A stretch of 64,000 nt of DNA from an uncultured Gemmatimonadota bacterium (GCA_964465015.1 CAYXHP010000148.1:2072-66071), one strand, 5' to 3'. Counted from the stretch's first letter, positions 55,483-64,000 are shown. The notes: generated by a model from the sequence alone, not told the origin. Numbers and translations are program-made.

Positions 55483-57414
55483 CTACCCGTCGGCAGAAGC
55501 TCCGGCAAGAGATCCCGGGCCGCGGTACGACTCGAGCTCCTCGGCCAGCAGCTGGCGTTTGAGCAGGCGCGCGTATACGCCGTCGCGGGCCAGCAGCTCC
55601 CCGTGGGTCCCTTCCTCGACCAGCTCGCCGCCTTCCAGCACCAGGATGCGGTCGGCCTCCCGGACGGCGGAGACGCGGTGGGAGATGATCAGGGCCGTAC
55701 GCTGGCGGAGATAGCCGCGCAGGCCCGCGAGAATGGCCTTCTCCGTGACGGTGTCCACCGCGGACAGCGCATCGTCGAGCACGAGAATGGGAGCGTCGCG
55801 GAGAAGCGCCCGCGCCAGCGTGGCTCGCTGCTTCTGCCCGCCGGAGAGATTGACGCCGCGCTCCCCGATCCGGGTTTCGATCCCCTCGGGGAGGATCGCC
55901 AGCGTCTCGCGCAGCTGAGCGATCTCGAGCGCGCGCTCGAGGTCGGCCTCGGTGGGGACTCCGTTCCCGGTGGACGGATCTCCGTCCGCGTTCGGGCCCG
56001 CTCCGTCCGCCCCGAGACCCGAGCCGGCCTTCGGGGACCCGTCCGTCGAGGCTCCGGCCCGGCCCGCCGCCCCCGGCGACGGGGGCTCGCCCGCCGCGTC
56101 CGGAGTCGGGAGGACCAGGTTCCGCCGCAGGCGCATGCTGAACAGGAACGGCTCCTGGGGCACGACCGAGATCGCGTCACGCAGGGTCGCGAGCGGGAGC
56201 TCACGGACCGGGATTCCGTCGATGAGCACCCGTCCCGCGGTCGTGTCGTACAGGCGCGGAATGAGGCGGGCGAGCGTGGTCTTGCCGCTTCCCGTGCCGC
56301 CCACCAGGGCCACGGTTTCGCCCGGCTCGATGCGGAAGCTGACGTGGCTCAGAACGGCATGCTCGGTCCCGGGATACCGGAACGAGACGTCCTCGAACTC
56401 GACCCGGCCGCGGATCCTCTCGGGATTTCGCGGCTCGGCCGGGTCGGCGACGGCTGGTTCCGTGCCCAGGAGCTCGTTGATGCGGCCCATGGAGGCCGCC
56501 CCGCGCTGGAACAGGTTGGTGACCCAGCCCAGGGCGATCATCGGCCAGGTGAGGAGGACGAGGAGCGTGATGAACATGACGAAGTCCCCCAGGGTGATGA
56601 CGCCCCGCATCACCTGGAGACCCCCGTACCAGAGTACGATGACCGCGGCGAGACCCGCGAAGACGGTGAGCGCCGGATGGAAGGCGCCCCACACGCGCGC
56701 CAGGCTCATGTTGCGCTCCAGGTACTCCTCGTTGAAGCCGTCGAACTCCCGTCCCTGGGTCGCCTCCTGTCCGTACGCCTTCACGATCCGGATCCCGGCC
56801 AGGTTCTCCTGCACGAAGTTCGACAGCTCGCTGAACTGGGCCTGGATGCGCTCGAACCGCCGGTGGATCTCGCGGCCGAATCCGTACACCGCCGCGGGCA
56901 GGATCACCATCGGGAGCAGAGTGAGGACCGTGAGCTCCACGTCGGTCCGCAGCATGAGGACGAGCACCAGCACCGACATCGTGGCCGTGTTGACCAGGTA
57001 CATGATGGCGGGCCCGGCCACCTGCCGGACCGCCAGGACGTCGTTGGTGGCCCGGCTCATGAGATCCCCAGTCCGCCACTCGTCGTAGAATTGCGCCGGC
57101 AGGCGCAGGAGGTGGTCGAACAGGTCACCTCGGAGATCGCGCTCGAGCTTTCGGCTGATGCCGTTCAGCAGCTCCCGCTGGCCGTAGCGAGCCACGCCGC
57201 CCAGAAGCGCGGTCAGCACGATGAGCCCTGCGTACCGGAAGATCACGGAGCGGCTGAGCTCCGTCTGCATGGCGTCGATCGCGTACTTGAGGAGCAGGGG
57301 TGCGGCCACGCTGAACAGGTTGCTGACCACGACCAGCACCAGCCCGAGAAGAACGCCCCGCCAGTAGGGACGCAGGTACGGGACGAGGGTCCGCAGCTGC
57401 TTCACGCCCGGCAC
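55483..57414 (-). CDS. ABC exporter with fused permease and ATPase (MsbA/ABCB-type), carrying a ~55 aa low-complexity insertion in the nucleotide-binding domain
   Basis: Six-TM N-terminal half. Walker A GGTGSGKTTL, signature LSGGQKQR and Walker B ILVLDDALSAVD. Between them lies the insert PTPDAAGEPPSPGAAGRAGASTDGSPKAGSGLGADGAGPNADGDPSTGNGVPTE. GTG start. Confidence 0.8.
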   Translation of the reverse strand: MPGVKQLRTLVPYLRPYWRGVLLGLVLVVVSNLFSVAAPLLLKYAIDAMQTELSRSVIFRYAGLIVLTALLGGVARYGQRELLNGISRKLERDLRGDLFDHLLRLPAQFYDEWRTGDLMSRATNDVLAVRQVAGPAIMYLVNTATMSVLVLVLMLRTDVELTVLTLLPMVILPAAVYGFGREIHRRFERIQAQFSELSNFVQENLAGIRIVKAYGQEATQGREFDGFNEEYLERNMSLARVWGAFHPALTVFAGLAAVIVLWYGGLQVMRGVITLGDFVMFITLLVLLTWPMIALGWVTNLFQRGAASMGRINELLGTEPAVADPAEPRNPERIRGRVEFEDVSFRYPGTEHAVLSHVSFRIEPGETVALVGGTGSGKTTLARLIPRLYDTTAGRVLIDGIPVRELPLATLRDAISVVPQEPFLFSMRLRRNLVLPTPDAAGEPPSPGAAGRAGASTDGSPKAGSGLGADGAGPNADGDPSTGNGVPTEADLERALEIAQLRETLAILPEGIETRIGERGVNLSGGQKQRATLARALLRDAPILVLDDALSAVDTVTEKAILAGLRGYLRQRTALIISHRVSAVREADRILVLEGGELVEEGTHGELLARDGVYARLLKRQLLAEELESYRGPGSLAGASADG

Positions 57415-57723
57415 CTCGTGGCGCGCGGGCCCAAGAGGCGATCCCTACCACCGGGAGCGGCGATCGTGACGTGGACGGACACTCGCTCGTCTCTCATGGG
57501 TAACAGGAAACACCGCCGAAGCTACAAGGTTCGGAGTCTACCGCGCACGATCGACGACCTCAATCCGTTCCGAGGGAGCGGACCTCGTGACGCTGTGAGG
57601 AGTGCCGACCCTGCCGCTCACCCTGACGAGGACCGCGGCCGTCCCGCGGACCGGGACGGTCACACCCGGCACCGCGCCGGACCTCGCACTGGACCGCGAG
57701 CCCGAAACCGGTGAGAATCAGAG

Positions 57724-57933
57724 ATGGGTGACACGTTCACGGCGGCCGCGAGCGCCATCCTCGGGCGAATCATCGGCGGCGACAAGACCGGCACGTTCAT
57801 CGGGGCTGCCGTCGGGGCGGCGGTGGCCACCGCGATCGTGCTGGAAACGCAGGACATGGACGCGGTCCTTCCCGAGGGCTCCCACGTGACGATCCGGTCG
57901 CATGCGCCCCTGGAGGTGACGCCAGGCGGCTGA
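57724..57933 (+). CDS. Small glycine-zipper protein (69 aa), paralogous to the C-terminus of the next gene
   Basis: ILGRIIGGDKTGTFIGAAVGAAVATAIVLETQDMDAVLP closely matches residues ~235-285 of 57986..58882. Confidence 0.5.
   Translation: MGDTFTAAASAILGRIIGGDKTGTFIGAAVGAAVATAIVLETQDMDAVLPEGSHVTIRSHAPLEVTPGG
57756..57900 (+). repeat. Copy 1 of a ~145-nt diverged direct duplication. Copy 2 lies at about 58705..58850.
   Basis: The nucleotide strings atc(a/g)tcggcggc(g/a)acaagaccggcacgttcatcggggctgc(c/g)gtcggggcggcgg...atcgtgct...acgcaggac...gacgcggt are shared by both copies. Confidence 0.6.
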
Positions 57934-57985
57934 GAGGCGGCCTTTCCCCGCAAGTCGACGAGCTATCCAGACGAGGAGGTGGGCG

Positions 57986-58882
57986 ATGAAGGCGAGCACG
58001 GGCACGATCGGATGGGCTTTGGCCGTATCGGTGGGTCTCCTGGCGGCCGCCTGTGGTGGCAAGTCTCCCAAGGAAGCGGTGGCCGACAGCGCGGCTGCGG
58101 CCGCCGAGGCTCCGGCCGAGCAGCCGAACGCCCAGACGCCGGCGGCCGCACCCGTCGGGCAGGCCGCTCCCGAGACGAAGACCCCGCCGGTCGAGCGGAA
58201 GTCCGCGCCCAGCAAGCCAGCGCAGAGGGCTCCCTCGACGACCGGTTCTACGTCCGGGGCGGCCACGCCTGCGAAGGAGGCCACCGGAGCCGGCACCGCG
58301 ACGGGGAGCGGCGCGGCGTCGACGCCGGAGACAGCGGCGCCCGCCTACGTCGAGCTCGACGTCGCCACGGGCACGCGGATCCACGGGACGCTGGACAAGA
58401 AGCTCTCCACCCAGATCAGCAAGGTCGGCGAGCCGTTCACCCTTACGGTCTCGGACCCGATCTCCGTGGCCGGCCGCGTCGCCATCCCGAGGGGGGCCAA
58501 GGTGGACGGCAAGGTGACCGCCGTGCAGAAGTCGGGAGGCGCGGGCCAGACCGCCGTGCTCAAGGTCGATTTCCCTAGCGTGACGGTCGGCGGCAGGTCC
58601 TATCCGATCTCCGCGGACCTGGCCGAGGCCAGCCCGCAGAAGAAGTCCCGGACCAGTACCGGGCAGGCGGCGGCCGAGGTCGGCGCCGGCGCGGTGGCCG
58701 GGGCGTTGCTCGGCCGGATCGTCGGCGGCAACAAGACCGGCACGTTCATCGGGGCTGCGGTCGGGGCGGCGGCCGGGACGGCCATCGTGCTCGGGACGCA
58801 GGACGTCGACGCGGTGCTCCCGGCAGGGTCCCCCATGACGCTGGTGCTGAAGGAGCCTGTGACGGTGCGCCGGCCGCGCTGA
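57986..58882 (+). CDS. Lipoprotein with an Ala/Pro-rich linker and a C-terminal glycine-zipper (2TM, Rick_17kDa_Anti / YMGG-like) module
   Basis: Lipobox LLAAAC|GGK. Low-complexity segment AAAAAEAPAEQPNAQTPAAAP...LLGRIVGGNKTGTFIGAAVGAAAGTAIVLGTQDVDAVLP. Confidence 0.7.
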   Translation: MKASTGTIGWALAVSVGLLAAACGGKSPKEAVADSAAAAAEAPAEQPNAQTPAAAPVGQAAPETKTPPVERKSAPSKPAQRAPSTTGSTSGAATPAKEATGAGTATGSGAASTPETAAPAYVELDVATGTRIHGTLDKKLSTQISKVGEPFTLTVSDPISVAGRVAIPRGAKVDGKVTAVQKSGGAGQTAVLKVDFPSVTVGGRSYPISADLAEASPQKKSRTSTGQAAAEVGAGAVAGALLGRIVGGNKTGTFIGAAVGAAAGTAIVLGTQDVDAVLPAGSPMTLVLKEPVTVRRPR

Positions 58883-59109
58883 GCCGGACCTGCCCGACCG
58901 AGGCGGAGGATCGGTGAGAGGGCCGCGGCGGGCGCGGGATTCCGTTCGCGGCCCTGAGCGAGGATCGTGACCCTCCGGGGGCCGTCTTCACCCCCGCAGC
59001 TCCCCGCTTTCGGCGCCGACCGTGCCGGATTGTCGGCAGGGCCGCCGTCCGCGTAGCTTGGCGACCGGATGGCGCGGGCGGAACGGAGCGGCGAGGGGCG
59101 GAGGCGGTC

Positions 59110-60600
59110 ATGGTCGACGCACAGCGGGGACCCGCGTCTCCGCCGCCGCTGGAGGATGGCGGCGGAGACGCGGAAAGCCACTCGAGTCCCACGGAGGCCG
59201 TGAACCCGCGCACGGCCGGGATCGACCGTGCCGGGCCCGCCGAGATCGTCCGCCTCATCCAGGCCGAGGACCGCCTCGTACCCACCGCCGTACAGGCCGA
59301 AGGCGCCGTCATCGCCGCGCTCATCGAGGAGGTGACCGGCCGTCTCAGGGGCGGGGGACGGCTCATCTACGTGGGAGCCGGCACCAGCGGTCGCCTCGGG
59401 GTCCTGGACGCGGCCGAGTGTCCGCCCACGTTCGGCACCGAGCCCGGCACGGTGATCGGCCTCATCGCCGGCGGCCCCGGGGCCCTGGTCCGCAGCCGCG
59501 AGGGCGCCGAGGACGACCGCGAGGCGGGGATCGCCGACGTCCGCGCCATCGACGTCGGACCCAGAGACTTCGTGCTCGGGATCGCCACCTCGGGCACGAC
59601 GCCCTACGTGCGTGCCGCGGTCCTCGAGGCCGCGGCCCGGGGTGCCGGCACCGGCTTCCTGAGCTGCTCGCCGCCGCCCGAGGACGTGCGCCGGGCCGCC
59701 GCGCACGTGATCACGCCCATCGTGGGCCCGGAGGTCGTGGCCGGCTCCACCCGGATGAAGGCCGGGACCGCCACCAAGCTCGTCCTCAACACGCTCTCCA
59801 CGGGGGTGATGATCGGGCTGGGCAAGGTGTACGGGAACCTGATGGTCGACCTGCGTGCCGGCAGCCGGAAGCTGGTGCGCCGCAGCCTCTCGATCCTGCA
59901 CCGAGTCTGTGGCTTGCAGGCACGGGAAGCGCGGCCGCTCCTCGTGGCGGCCGGGGGCTCGGTGAAGACCGCCATCGCCATGCATGAGCTCGGCGCGAGC
60001 CGCGCGATGGCCGAACGCCTCCTCGACGCCTGCGAGGGCCGCCTCGCGGACGTCGTCGAGCGCTTCGCGGGGGCGGAGCACCTTCCGTACTATGCCTGCT
60101 ATCCGGCGGACGTGGAGCCCGCCGAGATCTCCCGTCTGCTGGAGGAGCTGGCGCGGGGTCCGGAACGCTTGCGGGCCGCCTGCGAGGCGCACGCGGGCCG
60201 GGACGAGCGATCTCCGCCCCGGGGCTGGTCGCCCGCCCAGCACCTCGCGCACCTGCTGCAGGCGGAGCGCGAGGCGTATCGGCCCCGGCTCGAGCGGCTG
60301 ATCGAGACGGCGCAGGCGCCGGGCGGCCCCGGCTCTCCGCCCGCGTTCGAGGATTGGCCGCCCGATCCCGATCCGCCGGTGCGAGGGAAGTCGGTCCCGG
60401 AGCTCCTCCTCGAGGTCGCCGCCGAGCGCGGCCGCACGACCGATCTCCTGGCCGAGGCTCCGGCGGCCGCCTGGAGCGCGGCGGGCACGCTGGATGGCGA
60501 TCGGATCGCCCTCCACCAGCTCGTCCGGGCCGTGACGCAGCACGACCGGGCGCACGCGGACCGGATCCGCGAGCGCATCCACCCCGACCTCCTGGCTTGA
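59110..60600 (+). CDS. murQ: N-acetylmuramic acid 6-phosphate etherase (MurQ, SIS domain) fused to a C-terminal DinB_2/YfiT-like helical-bundle domain
   Basis: MurQ region: IDRAGPAEIVRLIQAEDRLVPTAVQ...RLIYVGAGTSGRLGVLDAAECPPTFG...TRMKAGTATKLVLN. C-terminal ~190 aa: WSPAQHLAHLLQAEREAY...ALHQLVRAVTQHDRAHADRI, a His-rich DinB-like motif. Confidence 0.75.
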   Translation: MVDAQRGPASPPPLEDGGGDAESHSSPTEAVNPRTAGIDRAGPAEIVRLIQAEDRLVPTAVQAEGAVIAALIEEVTGRLRGGGRLIYVGAGTSGRLGVLDAAECPPTFGTEPGTVIGLIAGGPGALVRSREGAEDDREAGIADVRAIDVGPRDFVLGIATSGTTPYVRAAVLEAAARGAGTGFLSCSPPPEDVRRAAAHVITPIVGPEVVAGSTRMKAGTATKLVLNTLSTGVMIGLGKVYGNLMVDLRAGSRKLVRRSLSILHRVCGLQAREARPLLVAAGGSVKTAIAMHELGASRAMAERLLDACEGRLADVVERFAGAEHLPYYACYPADVEPAEISRLLEELARGPERLRAACEAHAGRDERSPPRGWSPAQHLAHLLQAEREAYRPRLERLIETAQAPGGPGSPPAFEDWPPDPDPPVRGKSVPELLLEVAAERGRTTDLLAEAPAAAWSAAGTLDGDRIALHQLVRAVTQHDRAHADRIRERIHPDLLA

Positions 60601-61745
60601 CCAGCATCGTGCCGATCTTCGCGGGGATCATGTCGGGGACTTCGCTGGACGGCGTCGACGTCGCCCTCGTGCGGATGACGGGCCGGAACGAGCGTCCGGA
60701 CGAGACGGAGATGGTGGGTTTCGAGAGCTTTCCCTACGAGGACGATCTGCGCGCCCGCTTGCTCCACGCCTGCCACGAGGGTCGGGCCGCGGATCTCTGC
60801 CGCCTGGACTTCGAGCTCGGACGTCGATTCGCCACCGCGCTGGGGCGGGCGCTCGAGGCCGGGGGGCTGGTCGCGGCGGACGTGGCCGCGGTGGGTTCGG
60901 CCGGACAGACCGTGTGGCACGAGCCCCCCGAGGCCGGGCGACCCGGGAGCACGCTGCAGCTGGGCGAGGGCGCCGTGATCGCCGAGGAGACCGGCATCGC
61001 GGTCATCGAGGACTTCCGGGTGCGCGACGTGGCGGCCGGTGGGCATGGCGCGCCGATCTCGGCCTACTTCGACTGGCTGCTCCTCTCCTCCCCGGACGCC
61101 GGCCGCGCCATTCTCAACCTGGGCGGCATGGGGAACCTGACCGCGCTGCCGCCGCTCGGGTCGGCGGCGGCGCCGGTGGCCTTCGACACCGGCCCCGGAG
61201 TGGTGCTGCTGGACGCGGCTGCCGGTCGGGCGACGGAGGGACGGTTGCGCTTCGACCGGGACGGGCGCCTGGCCGCGGCCGGGCGGGTGCTCCCGGAGGT
61301 GGTCGACGAGTGGCTGTCGGACGCCTTCTTCGGGGAGCCACCCCCGAGGACGACCGGCCGGGAGCGCTTCGGATCTCGGCGTCTGGAGCCGTGGCTGGAG
61401 ACGCGTCTCGCGGCGGGCGATGCCGCCGAGGACCTCCTGGCCAGCCTCACGGAGGTGACGGCGCGCGCCGCCGCGGAGTCGTTGCGCTGGATTCCGTTCG
61501 AGATTGATGAGCTCTACCTGTGCGGCGGAGGGGGCCGGAATCCAGAGCTCGCCCGCCGTATCGCCGACCGGGTGGCGCCGCGCCCGGTGCGTCCACTCGA
61601 GGCACTCGGCTGGGACGGAGACGCTCGCGAGGCGGCCGCCTTCGCGCTCCTCGCCCGCCAGCATGTCCTCGGGCACCCGGCCGGCGCCCCGTGGGCGACC
61701 GGCGCGCGCGGCGCCCGGATCCTGGGCAAACGAGTGCCGGTGTGA
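60597..61745 (+). CDS. anmK: Anhydro-N-acetylmuramic acid kinase. TTG at 60597 overlaps the murQ stop; alternative ATG at 60630.
   Basis: IFAGIMSGTSLDGVDVALV...IEDFRVRDVAAGGHGAPIS...YLCGGGGRNPEL. Confidence 0.8.
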   Translation: MTSIVPIFAGIMSGTSLDGVDVALVRMTGRNERPDETEMVGFESFPYEDDLRARLLHACHEGRAADLCRLDFELGRRFATALGRALEAGGLVAADVAAVGSAGQTVWHEPPEAGRPGSTLQLGEGAVIAEETGIAVIEDFRVRDVAAGGHGAPISAYFDWLLLSSPDAGRAILNLGGMGNLTALPPLGSAAAPVAFDTGPGVVLLDAAAGRATEGRLRFDRDGRLAAAGRVLPEVVDEWLSDAFFGEPPPRTTGRERFGSRRLEPWLETRLAAGDAAEDLLASLTEVTARAAAESLRWIPFEIDELYLCGGGGRNPELARRIADRVAPRPVRPLEALGWDGDAREAAAFALLARQHVLGHPAGAPWATGARGARILGKRVPV

Positions 61746-63355
61746 CGGAGCCGGCCCGCCTCCTCCTCCATGCCATCCGCCTGGACGGGCCGGATCCGGA
61801 CAACGAGGCGGAGAGGGCCCTCGAGGCGGCGGCCGAGGGCGTGGGCGGCTTCCTCCTGTTCGGCGGCACCCGGGCCGGGGTGCCGGCGCTCGTGGCGGAG
61901 CTTCGCCAGGTGGCCGGTCGGCCCCTGTGGGTGGCGGCCGACCTGGAGCGTGGGGCCGGGCAGCAGGTGAGTGGCGCGTCCACCCTCCCGCCTCCGGCCG
62001 CCCTCGCGTCGCACCCGCGAGCGGAGGAGGCCGTGCGGCTGGCAGCGCGCCTGACCGCCCTGGAGGCGCGGGCCCTCGGAATCAACTGGGTGCTGGCTCC
62101 GGTCCTCGACCTGGATGTGGAGCCGCGGAACCCGATCGTGCAGACGCGAGCGTTCGGCTCCGATCCGGTGCGGGTCGCCGCGCTGGGCCTCGAATGGGTA
62201 CGCGCCTGCCAGGCGGTGGGTGTCGCGGCCTGCGCCAAGCACTTCCCAGGCCACGGGCGTACCGTGGGCGACTCCCACGCCGAGCTTCCCGTCGTGGGCG
62301 ACTCTCGGGCGGAGCTGGAGCGGGACCTGGTGCCGTTCCGGGCCGTGGCGGGGGAGGTCGCGTCCGTCATGACGGCCCACGTCGCGTACCCGGCGCTCGG
62401 CTGCGAGGGACCCGCGACGCTGAGCCGGCAGGTGCTCGAGGGTGTGCTGCGCCGGGAGCTCGGCTTTGGGGGGCTGGTGGTGACCGATGCCCTCGTCATG
62501 GCCGGCCTGGCCGGGGCGGACGACGCCGGCGCCGCCGCCGAGGGCTGGAGGGCCGTGCGGGCCCTGCGCGCCGGCTGTGACCTCCTGCTGTATCCGTCCG
62601 ACGCCCGTCTCACCGCGCGGACGGTCGGTCAGGCCGCGGCCGCCGATCCGGCCCTGGCCGGTCGCCTCGAGGCGGCGGCGGAGCGGAGCGCGGCGGCGCT
62701 GGTGACGTACGGTTCCGTGCCGGGCCCCGGATCGCTCGACGGGGCCGCGGGCGACCCGGAGGTGCTCCCGCCCTTCGATCCGGAGGGCGAGGCCCTCACC
62801 CGGCTGGCGGCGGCCTGTATCCGGCCGATCGGGCCGAGGGCGCCCGAGCGGGTCGACGCGTGGCTGGCCGCGACGGGCGGACGGGTCCGGGTGGGGGTGG
62901 TCTCCGACGACGGGCCCGCCGGGGCGCCGGCGCTGGGCGAGGCCTTCGCCGCGGAGCTCGGCCGCCGCGGGTTCGAGGTGGAGCGAGTCGGCGGGCTCGC
63001 CGGCGCCGGGGCGGAGTCCGCCCGCGCAGAGCTCCGGGCTGCGCGTGGAGTCGCCGCGGTGCACCGGGGAGCACGGAGCGAAGGCGCCGGCTCCGATGGG
63101 GTCGCCCCCCTGCTCATCCTCATCGAAGCTACGCCACGGGCCTGGAAGGGAAGGGCCGGACTCTCGGAAGAAGCCCGGCGCCGGCTCCAGGCGGCGGGGC
63201 GCGGGCGGGCTCCCGTCCTGGTGGTGGTCCTGGGCCATCCGCGGATCGCGGACGAGCTCGGGACCGCCGCCGTATGCGCGTGGGCCTCGGAGCCGGTCAT
63301 GGAGCGCGGGGCGGCAGCGTGGCTGGCGAGCCGTGCCGCCGGCCGGGGGAGCTGA
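61742..63355 (+). CDS. nagZ: Beta-N-acetylhexosaminidase (GH3, NagZ-like) with an extended C-terminal domain
   Basis: GTG overlapping the anmK stop (GTGA). GINWVLAPVLDLDVEPRNPIVQTRAFGSDP...CAKHFPGHGRTVGDSH...VMTAHVAYPAL...VVTDAL. Confidence 0.8.
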   Translation: MTEPARLLLHAIRLDGPDPDNEAERALEAAAEGVGGFLLFGGTRAGVPALVAELRQVAGRPLWVAADLERGAGQQVSGASTLPPPAALASHPRAEEAVRLAARLTALEARALGINWVLAPVLDLDVEPRNPIVQTRAFGSDPVRVAALGLEWVRACQAVGVAACAKHFPGHGRTVGDSHAELPVVGDSRAELERDLVPFRAVAGEVASVMTAHVAYPALGCEGPATLSRQVLEGVLRRELGFGGLVVTDALVMAGLAGADDAGAAAEGWRAVRALRAGCDLLLYPSDARLTARTVGQAAAADPALAGRLEAAAERSAAALVTYGSVPGPGSLDGAAGDPEVLPPFDPEGEALTRLAAACIRPIGPRAPERVDAWLAATGGRVRVGVVSDDGPAGAPALGEAFAAELGRRGFEVERVGGLAGAGAESARAELRAARGVAAVHRGARSEGAGSDGVAPLLILIEATPRAWKGRAGLSEEARRRLQAAGRGRAPVLVVVLGHPRIADELGTAAVCAWASEPVMERGAAAWLASRAAGRGS

Positions 63356-63472
63356 GGAGCGTTGCGATCGAACGCGGGCACGCCGCGGCGCTTCGGGCGT
63401 GAGAATCCCGCCGACCCTAGCTTGGGGCCCGGATTCGTAGGTGCCGTAGCTGCCCACGCGGACGGGAGGACG

Positions 63473-64000
63473 ATGAGCGGATCGGAGAGTCGGGGCCGGT
63501 GGGTACGGGAGGTCGCTCGGGGACTTCCCGGAGTCGGGGCGGCGCGCGGAGCGGTGCGTCGGGTGACGCTGGGCGCCGCCGTGGTCCTGGCGGCGAGCGC
63601 CGCCGGCTGCGCCACCGGCCGTGGTGCGGCGGCTCCGGGTCTGCCGCCGATACCGCGCGTCACGGGTCCCCTCGCGCTCCGCGTCGCGTACCCGGACTCG
63701 CTGGCCCGTATCGCCGTACGGGACTCGAACTTCCTGTTCGGCTCCACCGGCTCCGGGGACGTCGAGCTGACGATCGATGGGACGCCGGTCCCGGTCGAGC
63801 CGAACGGGGCGTTCCTGGCCTGGCTCCCCGTGCCGGCATCGGCCGCCGGCGACACGGCCCGGTACGAGCTCGTGGCCCATCGGGGTACGAGCGTCGATAC
63901 CCTGGTCTGGCCCGTACTCCTTCCTCGCGAGCCCTTCCGTGGCGTGGGCCCGGCCTGGATCGACACGACCACGCTGGTCGGCACCTCCGAGCGCTGGGCC
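63473..64000 (+). CDS. Hypothetical lipoprotein, 5' part (the gene continues beyond the window end)
   Basis: ATG at 63473. Leader VTLGAAVVLAASAAGC|ATG (lipobox). Open to the end of the window, so it is absent from the ORF track. Confidence 0.5.
   Translation, partial: MSGSESRGRWVREVARGLPGVGAARGAVRRVTLGAAVVLAASAAGCATGRGAAAPGLPPIPRVTGPLALRVAYPDSLARIAVRDSNFLFGSTGSGDVELTIDGTPVPVEPNGAFLAWLPVPASAAGDTARYELVAHRGTSVDTLVWPVLLPREPFRGVGPAWIDTTTLVGTSERWA

Noticed and set aside
58600-60582. 660-aa minus ORF plus 59022..59987 and 59786..60631 ORFs
   Set aside because: They are shadow frames over murQ. Only the + frame 59110..60600 shows SIS/MurQ motifs.
1-64000. Search for CRISPR arrays, IS elements/transposases, integrases, phage genes, rRNA or tRNA genes
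   Set aside because: I found no spaced direct-repeat arrays, no DDE/tyrosine-recombinase motifs and no rRNA-like conserved blocks. The only notable repeats are the 11-mer pair near 12950 and the glycine-zipper duplication.

Overview
This is a 64 kb, roughly 70% GC, very gene-dense bacterial chromosomal segment. I support about 60 protein-coding genes. Many adjacent genes overlap by 4 nt (ATGA or GTGA), so the operons are tightly translationally coupled. I found no rRNA, tRNA, CRISPR array, transposase or integrase. The gene content (DUF5916 outer-membrane protein, two DUF4097 proteins behind an ECF sigma/anti-sigma pair, LytS/LytTR pair, BNR lipoprotein) and the composition fit a high-GC Gram-negative such as Gemmatimonadota; this is inference only.

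Gene order through the window:
- 1..7005, minus strand: an operon of tryptophan 2,3-dioxygenase (truncated at the window start), a bifunctional FAD-monooxygenase/Old-Yellow-Enzyme protein of the 2-aminobenzoyl-CoA monooxygenase-reductase / salicylyl-CoA 5-hydroxylase type, acyl-CoA dehydrogenase, enoyl-CoA hydratase, RidA, an SDR and a creatininase-family hydrolase. A divergently transcribed benzoate-CoA-ligase-family gene follows at 7098..8774.
- 8.9-15 kb: ilvE, an atypical SDR, a cupin, a lipoprotein, efp with an odd C-terminal extension, and a Tat-secreted amidase.
- 15.2-21.5 kb: ECF sigma, anti-sigma, two DUF4097 proteins and a large DUF5916 outer-membrane protein.
- 21.6-27.3 kb: a LytS/LytTR two-component pair, and on the opposite strand a GT4 glycosyltransferase, a NodB-type deacetylase and a flippase-like membrane protein.
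- 27.5-35.7 kb: M1 aminopeptidase, a BNR-repeat lipoprotein, an IorAB-like molybdenum/[2Fe-2S] oxidoreductase, and a class V aminotransferase.
- 35.9-39.6 kb: a membrane-fusion protein followed by two FtsX/MacB-type permeases.
- 40.5-48.3 kb: M42 peptidase, DtxR-family regulator, then a coupled run of PHP, trxB, IscA, MBL hydrolase, a Zn-ribbon micro-protein, DHH phosphoesterase, coaE and a second PHP gene.
- 48.4-54.9 kb: NSS transporter, a second NrnA-like DHH protein, Fur, pyruvoyl-dependent arginine decarboxylase plus agmatinase, and ccdA.
- 54.9-57.4 kb, minus strand: a receiver-domain protein and an ABC exporter with an unusual low-complexity insertion.
- 57.7-58.9 kb: a tandemly duplicated glycine-zipper module.
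- 59.1-63.4 kb: a MurQ-DinB fusion, anmK and nagZ, forming a peptidoglycan-recycling operon.

The most interesting feature is the first operon. It links tryptophan 2,3-dioxygenase to the CoA-thioester (aminobenzoyl-CoA) aerobic route, with RidA, SDR and creatininase-family genes that could carry out steps not yet assigned in that pathway.
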